DNA of 64,000 bases from an uncultured Gammaproteobacteria bacterium (GCA_965230895.1 OZ246394.1:1185887-1249886), one strand, 5' to 3'. Numbered from the stretch's first letter, positions 29,019-40,566 are shown. The notes: generated from the sequence alone by a model not told the origin. Numbers and translations are program-made.

Positions 29019-30043
29019 TAATCGGTAAACTCCTGACTATACATTTTGCCATAGATTCCACCATCGACGACCCCAATACCAATCTTTTTGAAGTTTGGAC
29101 TCAAAATATTTGCTCGATGGCCAGGACTATTCATTAACCCTTGCATTGCTAAATTCGTACTTGGAGCAAGTGCAAGATTTTCGCCTGCATATGAAAATGT
29201 TATTCCAGCATCTTCCATACGCTCAAATGGAGTTCTTCCATCAAGTGATTGATGAGAGAAATACCCTTGCGCAAACATATCTTGTGAATGAGCTCTGGCT
29301 ACATCTCGTAAATCGTTGTCAAATGACACGAGTTCCAGTCCAGCCTTCGTACGTTCTGTATTAACAAGTTTAAACATTTCTTGTTCTGCCTTTTCATCAT
29401 ATGTCCCATCTTTCACCTGAAAATGAAGTGTAACTCGCTTGTCACTTTCTGGTTCTACAGTGAGGAAGTTCAATGAGTCATTTAACGCTCCACCGAAGAG
29501 ATCATCAAGCTTTTTTTCAAAAAGAGATGTATTTGCAACTAATTTTGATCCAACATTGGATTCTTCGACTGCATTTTTGATGACAGGCGATGACGGAAAT
29601 GTGACGATGACGCTAAGGAGAAAGGAGAGAATTATGAATGCAGATACAAGCCCAGGCAAAATACCAAACCAATGATTTGCACCTTTAAGCCAATTGGTAA
29701 ATTTATTAATAGGGAGTCCTGGCAGATAGCGTATGCCACGCCGAACGAGGATTGTCAGTATAATCTCACTTGCCAGCGCCAGCACAAAAAAACCGATTGC
29801 ATTTGCTATGCCAATTGGTAAAGCAAAGAATGTTGTAAGGATCCAAGCTAAATGCTTATATAATTGAAGTGCCGCAACGAAAGAGATAATAAAGCTGACA
29901 AGATCTAAAGTCGCGAGAGTAAAACCCAAGGTATAGCCTTCATGTACATAAAATAGTATGATACAAAGGATTATAAAATCTAAAAAGTTAAATCCGCCTT
30001 GTAAAGACGGAAGCGACGAAAACAGTGCAGAAAGCAAATCCAT
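29018..30043 (-). CDS. CvpA-like membrane domain fused to CAP/SCP domain
   Basis: N-terminal LDFII...GYTLG; C-terminal ARAHSQDM, GENLA, SPGHRANIL. Confidence 0.88.
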   Translation of the reverse strand: MDLLSALFSSLPSLQGGFNFLDFIILCIILFYVHEGYTLGFTLATLDLVSFIISFVAALQLYKHLAWILTTFFALPIGIANAIGFFVLALASEIILTILVRRGIRYLPGLPINKFTNWLKGANHWFGILPGLVSAFIILSFLLSVIVTFPSSPVIKNAVEESNVGSKLVANTSLFEKKLDDLFGGALNDSLNFLTVEPESDKRVTLHFQVKDGTYDEKAEQEMFKLVNTERTKAGLELVSFDNDLRDVARAHSQDMFAQGYFSHQSLDGRTPFERMEDAGITFSYAGENLALAPSTNLAMQGLMNSPGHRANILSPNFKKIGIGVVDGGIYGKMYSQEFTD

Positions 30044-30119
30044 AGATATACTTCTATTATACGCAATTTCTGCAAGAACCAAACAAGAAAATCTGCTAAA
30101 ATAAAAAAACGCTACTCCT

Positions 30120-32300
30120 ATGATCAAGGTCAAACGCTACAAAAAAACGATTAAGAAAGTACGAAAAATATCCTTTACCAAACGGACTATCTTTCTTTTT
30201 CTTATTCCTGGCCTCATTCTGTTAACCGGGTTGATCTTCTTTTATGCATATATCCTCAAGGATCTCCCGTCTCCAACAAAATTAAGTAATAACACTGCTT
30301 CATACTCAAGCCAGATCTATGATCGGAATGGGAAACTCCTTTACACACTTTACTCCGATAAAAATCAAACATTCGTACCCCTCGCGAAGATTCCAAAAGA
30401 TTTGCAAGAAGCAACAATTGCTATTGAAGATAAAGACTTTTATCGTCATGGCGCAGTAGATTTTCGTGGAATTAGTCGAGCTGCTTACTCAATTTTTGTA
30501 AATAAACAAATCCAAGGAGGATCAACACTTACACAACAATTGGTAAAAACAAGTCTTCTTTCCCCAGAACAGACATTACAACGTAAAGTAAAAGAAGTTA
30601 TTTTAGCCTTCGCAACTGAAATTATGTACTCAAAAGACGAAGTATTAGAAATGTACCTTAATCAAGTTCCATATGGTGGCACTCAATATGGTGTGGGGGC
30701 TGCGGCAATGACATTCTTTGGGAAAGATGTGAGTAAATTAACTTTGGCTGAGAATGCATATCTTGCAGGACTTCCAGAATCACCAAGTACACTCTCACCT
30801 TTCGGTTCGCATCCAGAAAGAGGCAAGCAAAGACAGCAAGAAGTACTACGGAGAATGCTCGCACAAGGATATATTACAAAAGCAGAATATGACAAAGCAT
30901 TAAAGCAAGAACTCAAATTCCAAAAGATTAGTAATCCAATTAAAGCACCACATTTTGTTTTCTATATTCGTGATCTTCTTATCAAAAAGTATGGACAGCA
31001 AGTCGTTGAACAAGGTGGGTTACAAATCAGAACGAGTCTTGATCTTAAGACGCAAGACTACGTCCAAGAAATTGTTACTGAAGAAGTCGCAGACTTAAAG
31101 CAATATAAAGTAGGAAACGGAGCAGCACTCGTAACAAATCCTGCAACAGGAGAAATCCTTGCAATGGTGGGAAGTAAAGATTACTTCGATCCAGAACATG
31201 GTAATGTAAATGCAACAATCGCAATGCTCCAACCAGGTTCTTCTATCAAACCAATCAATTATGCAGTTGGTTTAATCAATGGGTATTCTGCAGCAACACC
31301 ATTTGTTGACCAGCCAGTATGCTTTCCGCAGACAGGAGAAAAACCATATTGTCCGAGAAATTATGATGGAACATTCCGAGGAGTAGTTCAGATGCGATAT
31401 GCATTGGCAAATTCATTAAACATTCCTGCAGTACAGATGTTAAAGCTTAATGGGCTTGACTCTATGATCGCGACAGCAAGTGCAATGGGTATCACGACGT
31501 TTAAAGATCCGAGTCAGTATGGACTTTCACTAACACTTGGAGGAGGAGAAGTTATGATGACAGATATGGCAACAGCGTTTGGTGTCTTTGCAAATCAAGG
31601 ATATCGAATTGATCTTCACCCTATTTTGAAGATTACTGATCGAAAAGGAAAAGTTATTGAAGAATACAAACCACCAAAGAGTCCAATCTTTGGAAAAAAG
31701 GTCATCCCATCAGAGGTAAGCTTTATTATCTCAGACATTTTGGCTGATAATAATGCACGCACACCAGCATTTGGAGCAAATTCTGCACTTAAGATTGATA
31801 AGCAAAGAGTTTCTGTTAAAACCGGAACAACAAATGATTATCGAGATAACTGGACAATTGGATATACACCATCGTATGTTGTTGCTGTCTGGGTAGGAAA
31901 TAATGATCATTCACCAATGTCTGGAATTGTATCGGGTGTGACAGGAGCTGCGCCAATTTGGAATAAAGTTATGACGCATTTGCTTGAAGGAAAGAAACCT
32001 GAAATACCACAGAAACCACCAAATGTATATGGTAAATATATTTGTGTTGGAACCGGACAGATTGCTTCAGGAAGTGCTGCGGGATGCCAGACACGATATG
32101 AATATCTCATCAAAGGCACAGATGAAAAGAAAGTTGCTGTAAATAGACAAAAGGTATTTATCGATAAAGGCACCAATCAAATTGCGAAACCTGGACAAAC
32201 AGAAAATGTGGAGGAACGTGAAGAATCAATCATCACAGATCCATTGGGGAATAAATTCTGTATAAGTTGTGCAAAACCTACACCAGCACCAACACCGTAA
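30120..32300 (+). CDS. Class A penicillin-binding protein (PBP1A family)
   Basis: EDKDF, GGSTLTQQ, PGSSIKP (SxxK), SLN, KTG. Confidence 0.95.
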   Translation: MIKVKRYKKTIKKVRKISFTKRTIFLFLIPGLILLTGLIFFYAYILKDLPSPTKLSNNTASYSSQIYDRNGKLLYTLYSDKNQTFVPLAKIPKDLQEATIAIEDKDFYRHGAVDFRGISRAAYSIFVNKQIQGGSTLTQQLVKTSLLSPEQTLQRKVKEVILAFATEIMYSKDEVLEMYLNQVPYGGTQYGVGAAAMTFFGKDVSKLTLAENAYLAGLPESPSTLSPFGSHPERGKQRQQEVLRRMLAQGYITKAEYDKALKQELKFQKISNPIKAPHFVFYIRDLLIKKYGQQVVEQGGLQIRTSLDLKTQDYVQEIVTEEVADLKQYKVGNGAALVTNPATGEILAMVGSKDYFDPEHGNVNATIAMLQPGSSIKPINYAVGLINGYSAATPFVDQPVCFPQTGEKPYCPRNYDGTFRGVVQMRYALANSLNIPAVQMLKLNGLDSMIATASAMGITTFKDPSQYGLSLTLGGGEVMMTDMATAFGVFANQGYRIDLHPILKITDRKGKVIEEYKPPKSPIFGKKVIPSEVSFIISDILADNNARTPAFGANSALKIDKQRVSVKTGTTNDYRDNWTIGYTPSYVVAVWVGNNDHSPMSGIVSGVTGAAPIWNKVMTHLLEGKKPEIPQKPPNVYGKYICVGTGQIASGSAAGCQTRYEYLIKGTDEKKVAVNRQKVFIDKGTNQIAKPGQTENVEEREESIITDPLGNKFCISCAKPTPAPTP

Positions 32301-32461
32301 TGGCTAAAGAAAAAACTATCATTACAGAATCTGTTCCACCTCAGGAATTAACAAAATATAATCGTGAGTCAGGGAAAAAGACACTAATGCTTGTGAGTGT
32401 GTTAATAACGTTAATTGTTGTACTTACAATAGCTTTACTCTTGTTATTCAGATTCAGTTGA
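32300..32461 (+). CDS. Small single-pass membrane protein
   Basis: TAATG coupling with PBP stop; C-terminal hydrophobic helix. Confidence 0.55.
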   Translation: MAKEKTIITESVPPQELTKYNRESGKKTLMLVSVLITLIVVLTIALLLLFRFS

Positions 32462-33160
32462 ATGCAATGAAGAAGTTGCGTCCGTTAATTTCTGCTGTAA
32501 CAATTTATATTGTTGTTCTGGAGTTTCCAAATTAAAAAGAAAGCTTGTTGCAACAAAACGATTTGCACCCATTGCTGATGCTATCTCAATAGTCTCATCA
32601 TTAATTCCCCCATCCACTTCAATCGGCAAATATTCATTTCTTGCTCGTGCTTCCTTCACTTTTTTCAGTAATGATTCTTCAAATTTTTGCCCTGAAAATC
32701 CAGCTTGAATCGTCATAATAAGAAGTGAATCTAAATCCTCGAGATTTACTTTAATTGCATCAAGTGGTGTTTGTTTATCAAGAGCAAGTGAAACTTCTCC
32801 ATATAATTGCGCTTCTGCAACGAAAGTCTCTTGATCGGGCATCTTTTCAACTTGGCCAATGAATCGTTGAAATCCTGCATCTGCCCATTTTTTTATATGA
32901 GCCAGTGGATCTTCAACCATTAAATGGACTTCAAAAACCAACCCTTTATCGCCTACTTCTTGCCCTCGCAATCCACCAGGTAATTCTTTTGTATACTTTT
33001 TAAAAGGTTCAGGATCTGCAAAGGTTGTATTTTGTGCAAACTTTCCATCACAAACATCAATATGAATTGTTTTAACAAAAGGTTTTACCAATTCAATCTT
33101 TTTTTCAATGTCAGGCCATGCTTTATTTTCTGTTCCAGGACTTGGGATTATTTCGTACAT
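32444..33160 (-). CDS. rpe: Ribulose-phosphate 3-epimerase
   Basis: HIDVCDG, EVHLMV, GFSGQKF, VDGGIN. Confidence 0.93.
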   Translation of the reverse strand: MYEIIPSPGTENKAWPDIEKKIELVKPFVKTIHIDVCDGKFAQNTTFADPEPFKKYTKELPGGLRGQEVGDKGLVFEVHLMVEDPLAHIKKWADAGFQRFIGQVEKMPDQETFVAEAQLYGEVSLALDKQTPLDAIKVNLEDLDSLLIMTIQAGFSGQKFEESLLKKVKEARARNEYLPIEVDGGINDETIEIASAMGANRFVATSFLFNLETPEQQYKLLQQKLTDATSSLHSTESE

Positions 33161-33161
33161 A

Positions 33162-33662
33162 TTATTTTTCTATTGCTTTAATTTTTTCAATTCTTCGCAA
33201 ATGTCGATCCGCTATTGCGCCAGGAGTTTCTAACCAAAGTTTAATACCTTTTAAAATATCTTCTTCTTTCAAGAATCGAAATCCGATTGATAACATATTT
33301 GCGTTATTATGTTCTCGAGTTAACTGAAGAATTGCAAAAGGATCAGGATTTTGATCTCCTTCAATGTTTATCGGATCGGTAGCAACTGCAGGCGAATAAA
33401 ATAGCGCGCATCGAACATTATTAAACTTATTTGAGACAATTGCTTCACCTTGTCCTGATCCTCCAAAGACAATTCCTCTCGAATTTTCTGGATCATTCGA
33501 AACACTTTGTGCAGCCTTACCTATAAAATCTGGGTAGTCGTCATCTGGATTAAATTCATATGCTCCACAATCTTCGACATCATATCCAAGATCTGAAAGC
33601 ATCGCGTGGACTTTATTTTTTATTTCTAACCCTGCATGATCTGTCGCTAAGAAAACTTTCAT
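33162..33662 (-). CDS. rpiB: Ribose-5-phosphate isomerase B
   Basis: ATDHAG, DDYP, GGSGQG, REHNNAN. Confidence 0.93.
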   Translation of the reverse strand: MKVFLATDHAGLEIKNKVHAMLSDLGYDVEDCGAYEFNPDDDYPDFIGKAAQSVSNDPENSRGIVFGGSGQGEAIVSNKFNNVRCALFYSPAVATDPINIEGDQNPDPFAILQLTREHNNANMLSIGFRFLKEEDILKGIKLWLETPGAIADRHLRRIEKIKAIEK

Positions 33663-33724
33663 AGAAGATACTCTGATCCTATCATATTCAGAGAACCTTT
33701 TAAACTGTATGTTATAATAATAGT

Positions 33725-35449
33725 ATGCCCTTGAAAAAAATCTTCCTCATTTTTTCTGTTGTCGCAATATTTGTTGCACCATTTATTTATTCAAATATTG
33801 CATCCGCACAAGTTGACACCTCGGACGCAAATTTAGCAAATATATCGAAAGAACTTGCTGAATTAAATGATTCTTTAAATAAATCTGTTGCAGCGACAAA
33901 ACCATTACAATCTGAACTTGATGGCATTCAAAAACGAATGACATCTATACGGAGTCGGGTTGCAGCAGTCGAAACAGATTCACAACTCAAGAGGAAACAA
34001 ATTGATGCCGGATATAAAGATCTTGCTGAGAAAGAACAGCTAATCAATCAGACAATCCGAGACTTTTATGTAACAAGCTACTACGATTCCCCAATGTTAA
34101 TATTTTTCTCACTTGAAACTGCATCTGAAGTTACCCAAACACTTGCGTATCAGCGAGCAAAAACAAAACAAGACAAAGCAATGATCGCAAATATTGCACT
34201 GACAATCAGTGATTTAGAAAAAAAGAAGATCCAACTTGAAGCCGAAGAAAAGTTTCTTGTTAGTGCCAGAGCAAGTCTCAGTCAACAAAGTACAAAGCTA
34301 AATGAAGCAATTACAAATGCTCAAAATTACCAAAGCGAACTCAATGGAAAAATCGCAACACTGAATGCAAAACAGCAAGAAATCGTTAATGCAAAAAGTG
34401 GCGGTTTCACATTTAGTTTGAGTGATGGAGAATCTGCTGATGAATACCTTTCATCAGCAAAAGGATTCCGAGAATCTGCACCTGCAGGATCTTTCGCGAT
34501 ATTCTCTTTTGGTGCATATACACATAGAAATGGCATGAGTCAGTACGGAGCAAAAGCTCGTGCAGAACAAGGGCAATCAGTCGAAGATATTTTGAAAGCA
34601 TATTATCCAAACGCAACTTTAAAGAAAGATTATTCGGGAATGAGCTCTATCAATGTTGAAGGCACAGGATCTATCTCATTTGAAGATCAATATCTCCAGG
34701 GTATCTATGAAATGCCAGCAACATGGCACGTTAATGCATTGAAAGCGCAAGCAATTGCAGCTCGAACGTTTGCTGTTCGTTATACAAACAATGGACAAAA
34801 ATCAATTTGTACCACAGAAGCATGCCAAGTATTTAGAAATTCGCCAAAAGGTGGAGCATGGCAAACCGCAGTAAACGAGACAAAGGGATGGATACTCGTC
34901 GATGGCGGAGGAAATCCAGTTTCGACACAATATGCATCAACACATGGCGGATTTACAAATACAGCAGGCTGGGATACCACAGATAAAAGTGGCGGATCAA
35001 ACTTCATTGATAAAGCCTATGAGAAACTTGGTGGATCACCATGGCTTTATAAAGCTTGGTGGAGAGAGCACTACAGTAATTCTGGCGCAACTTGTGGCAG
35101 ATCAAATCCATGGCTTAATGCTCAAGAGATGGCAGATATTGTCAATGCTGCTGTCGCGATGAAGACGCCGGGAATAGATACTGGAAGAATTACCCCCGTA
35201 ACAACATCTTGCTGGGGTGGAAATCCATATAGTATGGATGAGCTACGAAACTTAACGTCTGGGAAAGGTGGTATCAGCGCTGCAACTAGTGTTTCTGTAT
35301 CTCAGGGAAATGGAAATACGAACAGCGTCACTATTAATGGAGTAACAATGAGTGGTAATGAATTTAAACAAGCCGTTGCACTTCGTGCCCCTGGTTATGT
35401 GAGAATTCCACAAAGTGGTTTCGCATTCTTCAACATTGAAAAGAAATAA
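33725..35449 (+). CDS. SpoIID/LytB-domain peptidoglycan hydrolase with N-terminal coiled coil
   Basis: HRNGMSQYGA, ILKAYY, EMPATW...ALKAQAIAARTFA, ICTTEACQV. Confidence 0.88.
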   Translation: MPLKKIFLIFSVVAIFVAPFIYSNIASAQVDTSDANLANISKELAELNDSLNKSVAATKPLQSELDGIQKRMTSIRSRVAAVETDSQLKRKQIDAGYKDLAEKEQLINQTIRDFYVTSYYDSPMLIFFSLETASEVTQTLAYQRAKTKQDKAMIANIALTISDLEKKKIQLEAEEKFLVSARASLSQQSTKLNEAITNAQNYQSELNGKIATLNAKQQEIVNAKSGGFTFSLSDGESADEYLSSAKGFRESAPAGSFAIFSFGAYTHRNGMSQYGAKARAEQGQSVEDILKAYYPNATLKKDYSGMSSINVEGTGSISFEDQYLQGIYEMPATWHVNALKAQAIAARTFAVRYTNNGQKSICTTEACQVFRNSPKGGAWQTAVNETKGWILVDGGGNPVSTQYASTHGGFTNTAGWDTTDKSGGSNFIDKAYEKLGGSPWLYKAWWREHYSNSGATCGRSNPWLNAQEMADIVNAAVAMKTPGIDTGRITPVTTSCWGGNPYSMDELRNLTSGKGGISAATSVSVSQGNGNTNSVTINGVTMSGNEFKQAVALRAPGYVRIPQSGFAFFNIEKK

Positions 35450-35501
35450 TTTTTCAGTCTATTGGAATATGTACAGCTAAACACTGTATAATACAGCTAT
35501 T

Positions 35502-36324
<823 letters not shown>

Positions 36325-36332
<8 letters not shown>

Positions 36333-36573
36333 TATACTGAATATTTTTACATACTTCCAAGATGAAGGAATTTTTCTTATATTTAAAACACTTTTATTAG
36401 TATTGATTTTCGTTTATATAATTTTTTCTTTTATTGTTTTTAATAGAATTCGTGCGCTCAATCGAACTGTTTATATTACCGGTGGAAAAGCATCAGCAAC
36501 GTTACAATTCATTAGTTTAATTTCATTATTTGCAGCTCTATCGCTTTTTATTGCCACACTTGTTATAGTATAA
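36325..36573 (+). CDS. Small 2-TM membrane protein
   Basis: Overlaps upstream stop; two hydrophobic helices. Confidence 0.7.
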
Positions 36574-36576
36574 ACA

Positions 36577-38466
36577 ATGCCCGAATCCCAACACGCTGCC
36601 AAACCAAGCTTATCCTTTGCAAAACTTGTCGCAACGCCATCCGACCAGGCATGGTCTCAGGCATATAACGCTGGGAATTTGTTTGTTTGTTTGTCTTTAA
36701 CAAGAGAATTAGATGAAGAGAGTGACACACTACAAACTATTGGGAAAGATATGTTTAATGCCCTTCAATCAGAGTTCTTTTCTCTTGAAGATAAGCATTC
36801 AGAAGCAATTAAGGAAGCAATTGCAATAAGCTTGACTAAACTCCCAGAAACTATCCGAGCAAGTGTTGTTCTCGCAAATTTCAAAGAAGACATGCTTACT
36901 GTCTTTATCGCTGGCACAGGAAGTGTCGCGATGAAACGAGGTGAAAAAGTTGGAACACTTATCGAGAAGCATACGAGCGAACATCATGCTATTAATTATG
37001 CTGCTGGATATCTACAAAATAATGATACAATCGTTCTGCAAACAGGTCAGTTCGCACAAGGAATATCTTCTGAGACAGTAAAGAGTGCTTTGGAGCTAGA
37101 ATTGCCAAATGACGTTGTTGAATCGCTCTCTCCACAAGTGCACGAGCAAGATAATGGAGCACAAGCTGCAATCGTCATCAGATACAGTGGCCCCACATCT
37201 CACCAAGCAATTACAACAGATACGGAAGCTCCAGCAACTGATGATCAACCACCTGAGTTACCATCAGAAGAAGAATCAAAAGCAGAGGTAGCAGACGAAC
37301 CAACATTAGCAACTGCTGTTGCTGAAGATCAAATTGAACATGAGCAAGCAGATCCTACGCTAGCAGATGCCATAGAGAAAGAATCAGAAGTAGAGGATGA
37401 AGAAGATCATAAAAAAAGAAGTTTTGCATTAAAACTTCCCGATATACCTTTTGCAAAAAACATTTCGTTTCATCTTTCTCATCGACGAAAGGTCTTTCTC
37501 AGTGTCGCTGTGGTTATTTTTCTTCTTTTAGGAATTAGCATCTTCTTCACTTTCCAAAAGGAAAACGCCGAAAAACGCCAAGCGCTGTTTGCAGAAATTT
37601 ATCCAGTCGCGGAGCAATACTATGAAGAAGGACAAGGGCTTGAAAGCCTCAATAAGGATCGCAGTCGCGAAAGCTATTTAAAAGCAGAAGCAAAGATTAA
37701 AGAAGGTGAAGAAAAGATTGCTCAGGGAACTGATGAATATAAGCAGCTGGAAGATTTGAAAGCAAAAGTAGCTGCAGCGTTACAAGGTACACCTGCAACG
37801 CAACAAGCATCAAATCTACAGGAAGCAACTCCCCCAGCAAATTCATTCCTTGCTATAGAGAAAGCCAATGCTTCGGGCAAAGGATTTGGACAAGATACAG
37901 CAGCAGTGTATATGATTACATCGAATGTCATTACATCTTTTTCAAAAAGTAGTGGAAGTAAAAAAGATGTGATTGAGAATGATAGCGATTGGGCGACACC
38001 AAAAGCAGTAGTTCCATATCAAACAAATATTTATGTCCTTGACCAAAAGAACGGCGTCTTGAAATTTACACCAAGCGAAGATACGTTTACTAAATCTTCA
38101 TACTTTACAGGAACAAAACCAAACTTATCAAAAGCATCAGGAATGGCAATTGATGGTTCAATCTGGATAATCAGTACCGATGGAAAAATCCTTAAATATA
38201 CAAAAGGACAACAAGATACCTTTGGCATCTCTGGCATAGACAAGCCGTTAAACAACCCTACAAAGATATACACCGATACCAGCATCGATTCTGTATATAT
38301 ATTAGATAAAGGAAACAGTCGGATTGTACAGTTAGATAAAAAGGGCGCATTCCAGAAAGAATACCCTGCAGGTGTTATTGCAAATGCACAGGATTTTGAT
38401 GTTAATCAGAAGGATAATAAAATACTTATTCTCTCAGGCGATAAAGTCTGGGAACTCCCGTTATAA
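36577..38466 (+). CDS. Membrane protein: degenerate PP2C-like N-domain, TM, C-terminal beta-propeller
   Basis: IYVLD/VYILD and AIDGSIWI NHL-like repeats; acidic linker; single TM. Confidence 0.65.
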   Translation: MPESQHAAKPSLSFAKLVATPSDQAWSQAYNAGNLFVCLSLTRELDEESDTLQTIGKDMFNALQSEFFSLEDKHSEAIKEAIAISLTKLPETIRASVVLANFKEDMLTVFIAGTGSVAMKRGEKVGTLIEKHTSEHHAINYAAGYLQNNDTIVLQTGQFAQGISSETVKSALELELPNDVVESLSPQVHEQDNGAQAAIVIRYSGPTSHQAITTDTEAPATDDQPPELPSEEESKAEVADEPTLATAVAEDQIEHEQADPTLADAIEKESEVEDEEDHKKRSFALKLPDIPFAKNISFHLSHRRKVFLSVAVVIFLLLGISIFFTFQKENAEKRQALFAEIYPVAEQYYEEGQGLESLNKDRSRESYLKAEAKIKEGEEKIAQGTDEYKQLEDLKAKVAAALQGTPATQQASNLQEATPPANSFLAIEKANASGKGFGQDTAAVYMITSNVITSFSKSSGSKKDVIENDSDWATPKAVVPYQTNIYVLDQKNGVLKFTPSEDTFTKSSYFTGTKPNLSKASGMAIDGSIWIISTDGKILKYTKGQQDTFGISGIDKPLNNPTKIYTDTSIDSVYILDKGNSRIVQLDKKGAFQKEYPAGVIANAQDFDVNQKDNKILILSGDKVWELPL

Positions 38467-38509
38467 GACTTCCTCAGATTTAGCCTCCAGCCTGTGGTAA
38501 AATGAATAT

Positions 38510-38950
38510 ATGAAAATAGAAAACAATAAAGCATCATTTGATTATGTATTGCAAGATCGTTTAGAAGCTGGAATTAATCTTCTCGGAGCAGAAGTAAAAG
38601 CAGTAAAGCTTGGCCATGTTGACTTAGCAAGTAGCTTCGTTCGAATTATGAGGAATGAGGCATATCTCATCAATGCAAAGATTTTCCCATATAAATTTGC
38701 CCGTCCAGAAGCATACGATGAAAGACGGACACGAAAGCTTCTTTTGCATAAAAAACAGATTATTTCACTGAAATCCAAAATGGACGGTTCAGGCTTGACA
38801 CTTGTGCCTATTTCCCTATATACTACGCACAATCTGATTAAACTTGAAATTGCTTTAGCCAAAGCAAAGAAGAAGTTTGAGAAGAAAGAAGCGATTAAAA
38901 ATCGCGATATCGACCGAGATATCCAAGAAGCAATTCGAGGAAAATTGTAA
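38510..38950 (+). CDS. smpB: SsrA-binding protein
   Basis: NNKASFDY, EAGINLLGAEVK, RKLLLHK. Confidence 0.97.
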   Translation: MKIENNKASFDYVLQDRLEAGINLLGAEVKAVKLGHVDLASSFVRIMRNEAYLINAKIFPYKFARPEAYDERRTRKLLLHKKQIISLKSKMDGSGLTLVPISLYTTHNLIKLEIALAKAKKKFEKKEAIKNRDIDRDIQEAIRGKL

Positions 38951-39013
38951 TCGATATTCGCTTTAACTCTTCGACTTTTGGGTGGCTTGTCCCCCGTAGC
39001 GCGAAGAGTGAAA

Positions 39014-39424
39014 GGGGATGAATCGATTCGACGGAAAAAGTTCTTTTAAAACTGCAAGCCGACTTTGATTACTAGTCGTAAAACAGAGTCAAAAAATAAA
39101 TGCTAAATCTAGCATTGAAGCCCTAAGAGCTGAAAGGGATGCAATTCTTGCTGAACTTAACAACTCTTTTGGTGGCCAAAAGGCTTACGCTCTCGCAGCT
39201 TAAGCTTTAAAGCCTGTTCGCATATGTCTTCCCTTTCCGGGACAGTGCGGGCATAAAAACAGGAGAGGAAAACCTTAAGGAGTTGACGCGCCCTTATTGT
39301 ATACCGTCTATACTTTGTTATTCCGGCCAACAGGACACGGCAAAGTGAATTTTAAGAGTTGGCTACGCTTGTAGAGGTTTTACTAAATTTTTTTCACACT
39401 CCGGTTCACTGCCGGACATCTCCA
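39014..39424 (+). ncRNA. ssrA: tmRNA
   Basis: 5' GGGGATG..GATTCGAC pairs with 3' CATCTCC-A (G3.U70); tag ORF 39102-39203 ending YALAA; follows smpB. Confidence 0.95.
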
Positions 39425-39426
39425 CA

Positions 39427-39603
39427 TTATTTGAAGGGCGAGAAGCGAGAAGAGACATTTTGTTTTTTATCTCTGGGAGAATTCGAAGGTTTATCCTTAA
39501 ACTGAGAGAACTCCTTAACAAATTCATCCGCAATTTCAGAAACTTCTTTTGCAAACTGATTATATATTTTCTTTTCTTGAATTTCCTTACTTTGCTTTTT
39601 CAT
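39427..39603 (-). CDS. Small basic protein, 58 aa, not in ORF track
   Basis: MKKQSKEIQEKKIYNQFAKEVSEIADEFVKEFSQFKDKPSNSPRDKKQNVSSRFSPFK; SD-like AGGAGAG upstream, 9 bp after protease stop. Confidence 0.55.
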   Translation of the reverse strand: MKKQSKEIQEKKIYNQFAKEVSEIADEFVKEFSQFKDKPSNSPRDKKQNVSSRFSPFK

Positions 39604-39612
39604 AACTCTCTC

Positions 39613-40512
39613 CTATTTTAAGGTTAGCAACTTTATCAACTTTTTTCCATTCCCAGTATTGATGTCTTTTTCTATATCATCACTTACAACTTCCCAAATA
39701 TCATTCCAAAATGGATAATCTTGATGGAGAGTAACATTAAATCCGTATCCTTTAAGATCATCTCCAAATATAGCAAATCCATGATCAGGAAATCCATAAA
39801 TTAGGTAAGAAATGAGTAAATTACGGTATTTCTCACTTGTATTCTTTAAACTGTATTTTTCTAAAAATTCTGTTCCATATTTTTCGGCAACATCAAGTAC
39901 TCTATTACATCTGCTTAAATCCGTCGGATCTAACTGCGAAACGATTGGATGAAAAAGTTTTACAGAATTATCATAAGCAATTTTCATTGACTCTTTGACT
40001 GAAATAGTATTACCAGAATCTAATCTTATTTTCTTATAAAATTGTGAACTAGCAGAAGCAACAACTCCAACGATATAACTTGTCGGATTGGTAATATCCA
40101 AAGCTGAGATTGATTTTTCTTTATTCGGATGTTTTATTTGCATATCTAAAGGACCTAGTTGAGAGAGATCAGACATCACAAGCTCGTTTCCACCAATTGC
40201 AATTAAAGTCCCTGCACTTTTTGCCCAAAACGGAACTACGACAGTTACAAAATCAAATTTTTTGTGGAGCATATTAACGATCGTAGCGGCAGTATAAGGA
40301 TTCCCTCCTGTCGTATGAAGAACTAAATGAATTCTATTTTTGCCTTCAGCTATTTTTACTTTCTGTAGCTCTGTCTGAATTGCAAGAGTATCTGCAGTAT
40401 TCATAGAGTCAGATTGTGATGTAAGGTATAAGAGGAAATGATCCGTAACTTTTTCTTCTACTTTTTGAGAATCCTGTACATCTTCTTTGCCAGTGTTTTT
40501 AGATACAGCCAT
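39613..40512 (-). CDS. ClpP-class serine protease (SDH_sah family)
   Basis: LHTTGG, AKSAGTLIA, QLGPLDMQ, DHG motifs; start trimmed to TATAAT-N6-ATG. Confidence 0.85.
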   Translation of the reverse strand: MAVSKNTGKEDVQDSQKVEEKVTDHFLLYLTSQSDSMNTADTLAIQTELQKVKIAEGKNRIHLVLHTTGGNPYTAATIVNMLHKKFDFVTVVVPFWAKSAGTLIAIGGNELVMSDLSQLGPLDMQIKHPNKEKSISALDITNPTSYIVGVVASASSQFYKKIRLDSGNTISVKESMKIAYDNSVKLFHPIVSQLDPTDLSRCNRVLDVAEKYGTEFLEKYSLKNTSEKYRNLLISYLIYGFPDHGFAIFGDDLKGYGFNVTLHQDYPFWNDIWEVVSDDIEKDINTGNGKKLIKLLTLK

Positions 40513-40566
40513 GGCTGAATTATACACACTATAAAAATAAATCTCAATGTAGAGCTTTCTTGATTA

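Noticed and set aside
38960-39013. Imperfect hairpin between smpB and ssrA
   Set aside because: Single copy in the window; probably a leader/processing structure, no basis for a separate ncRNA or repeat family
39363-39554. 63-aa ORF overlapping tmRNA 3' end
   Set aside because: Antisense to tmRNA; the alternative 58-aa frame has an SD and no overlap
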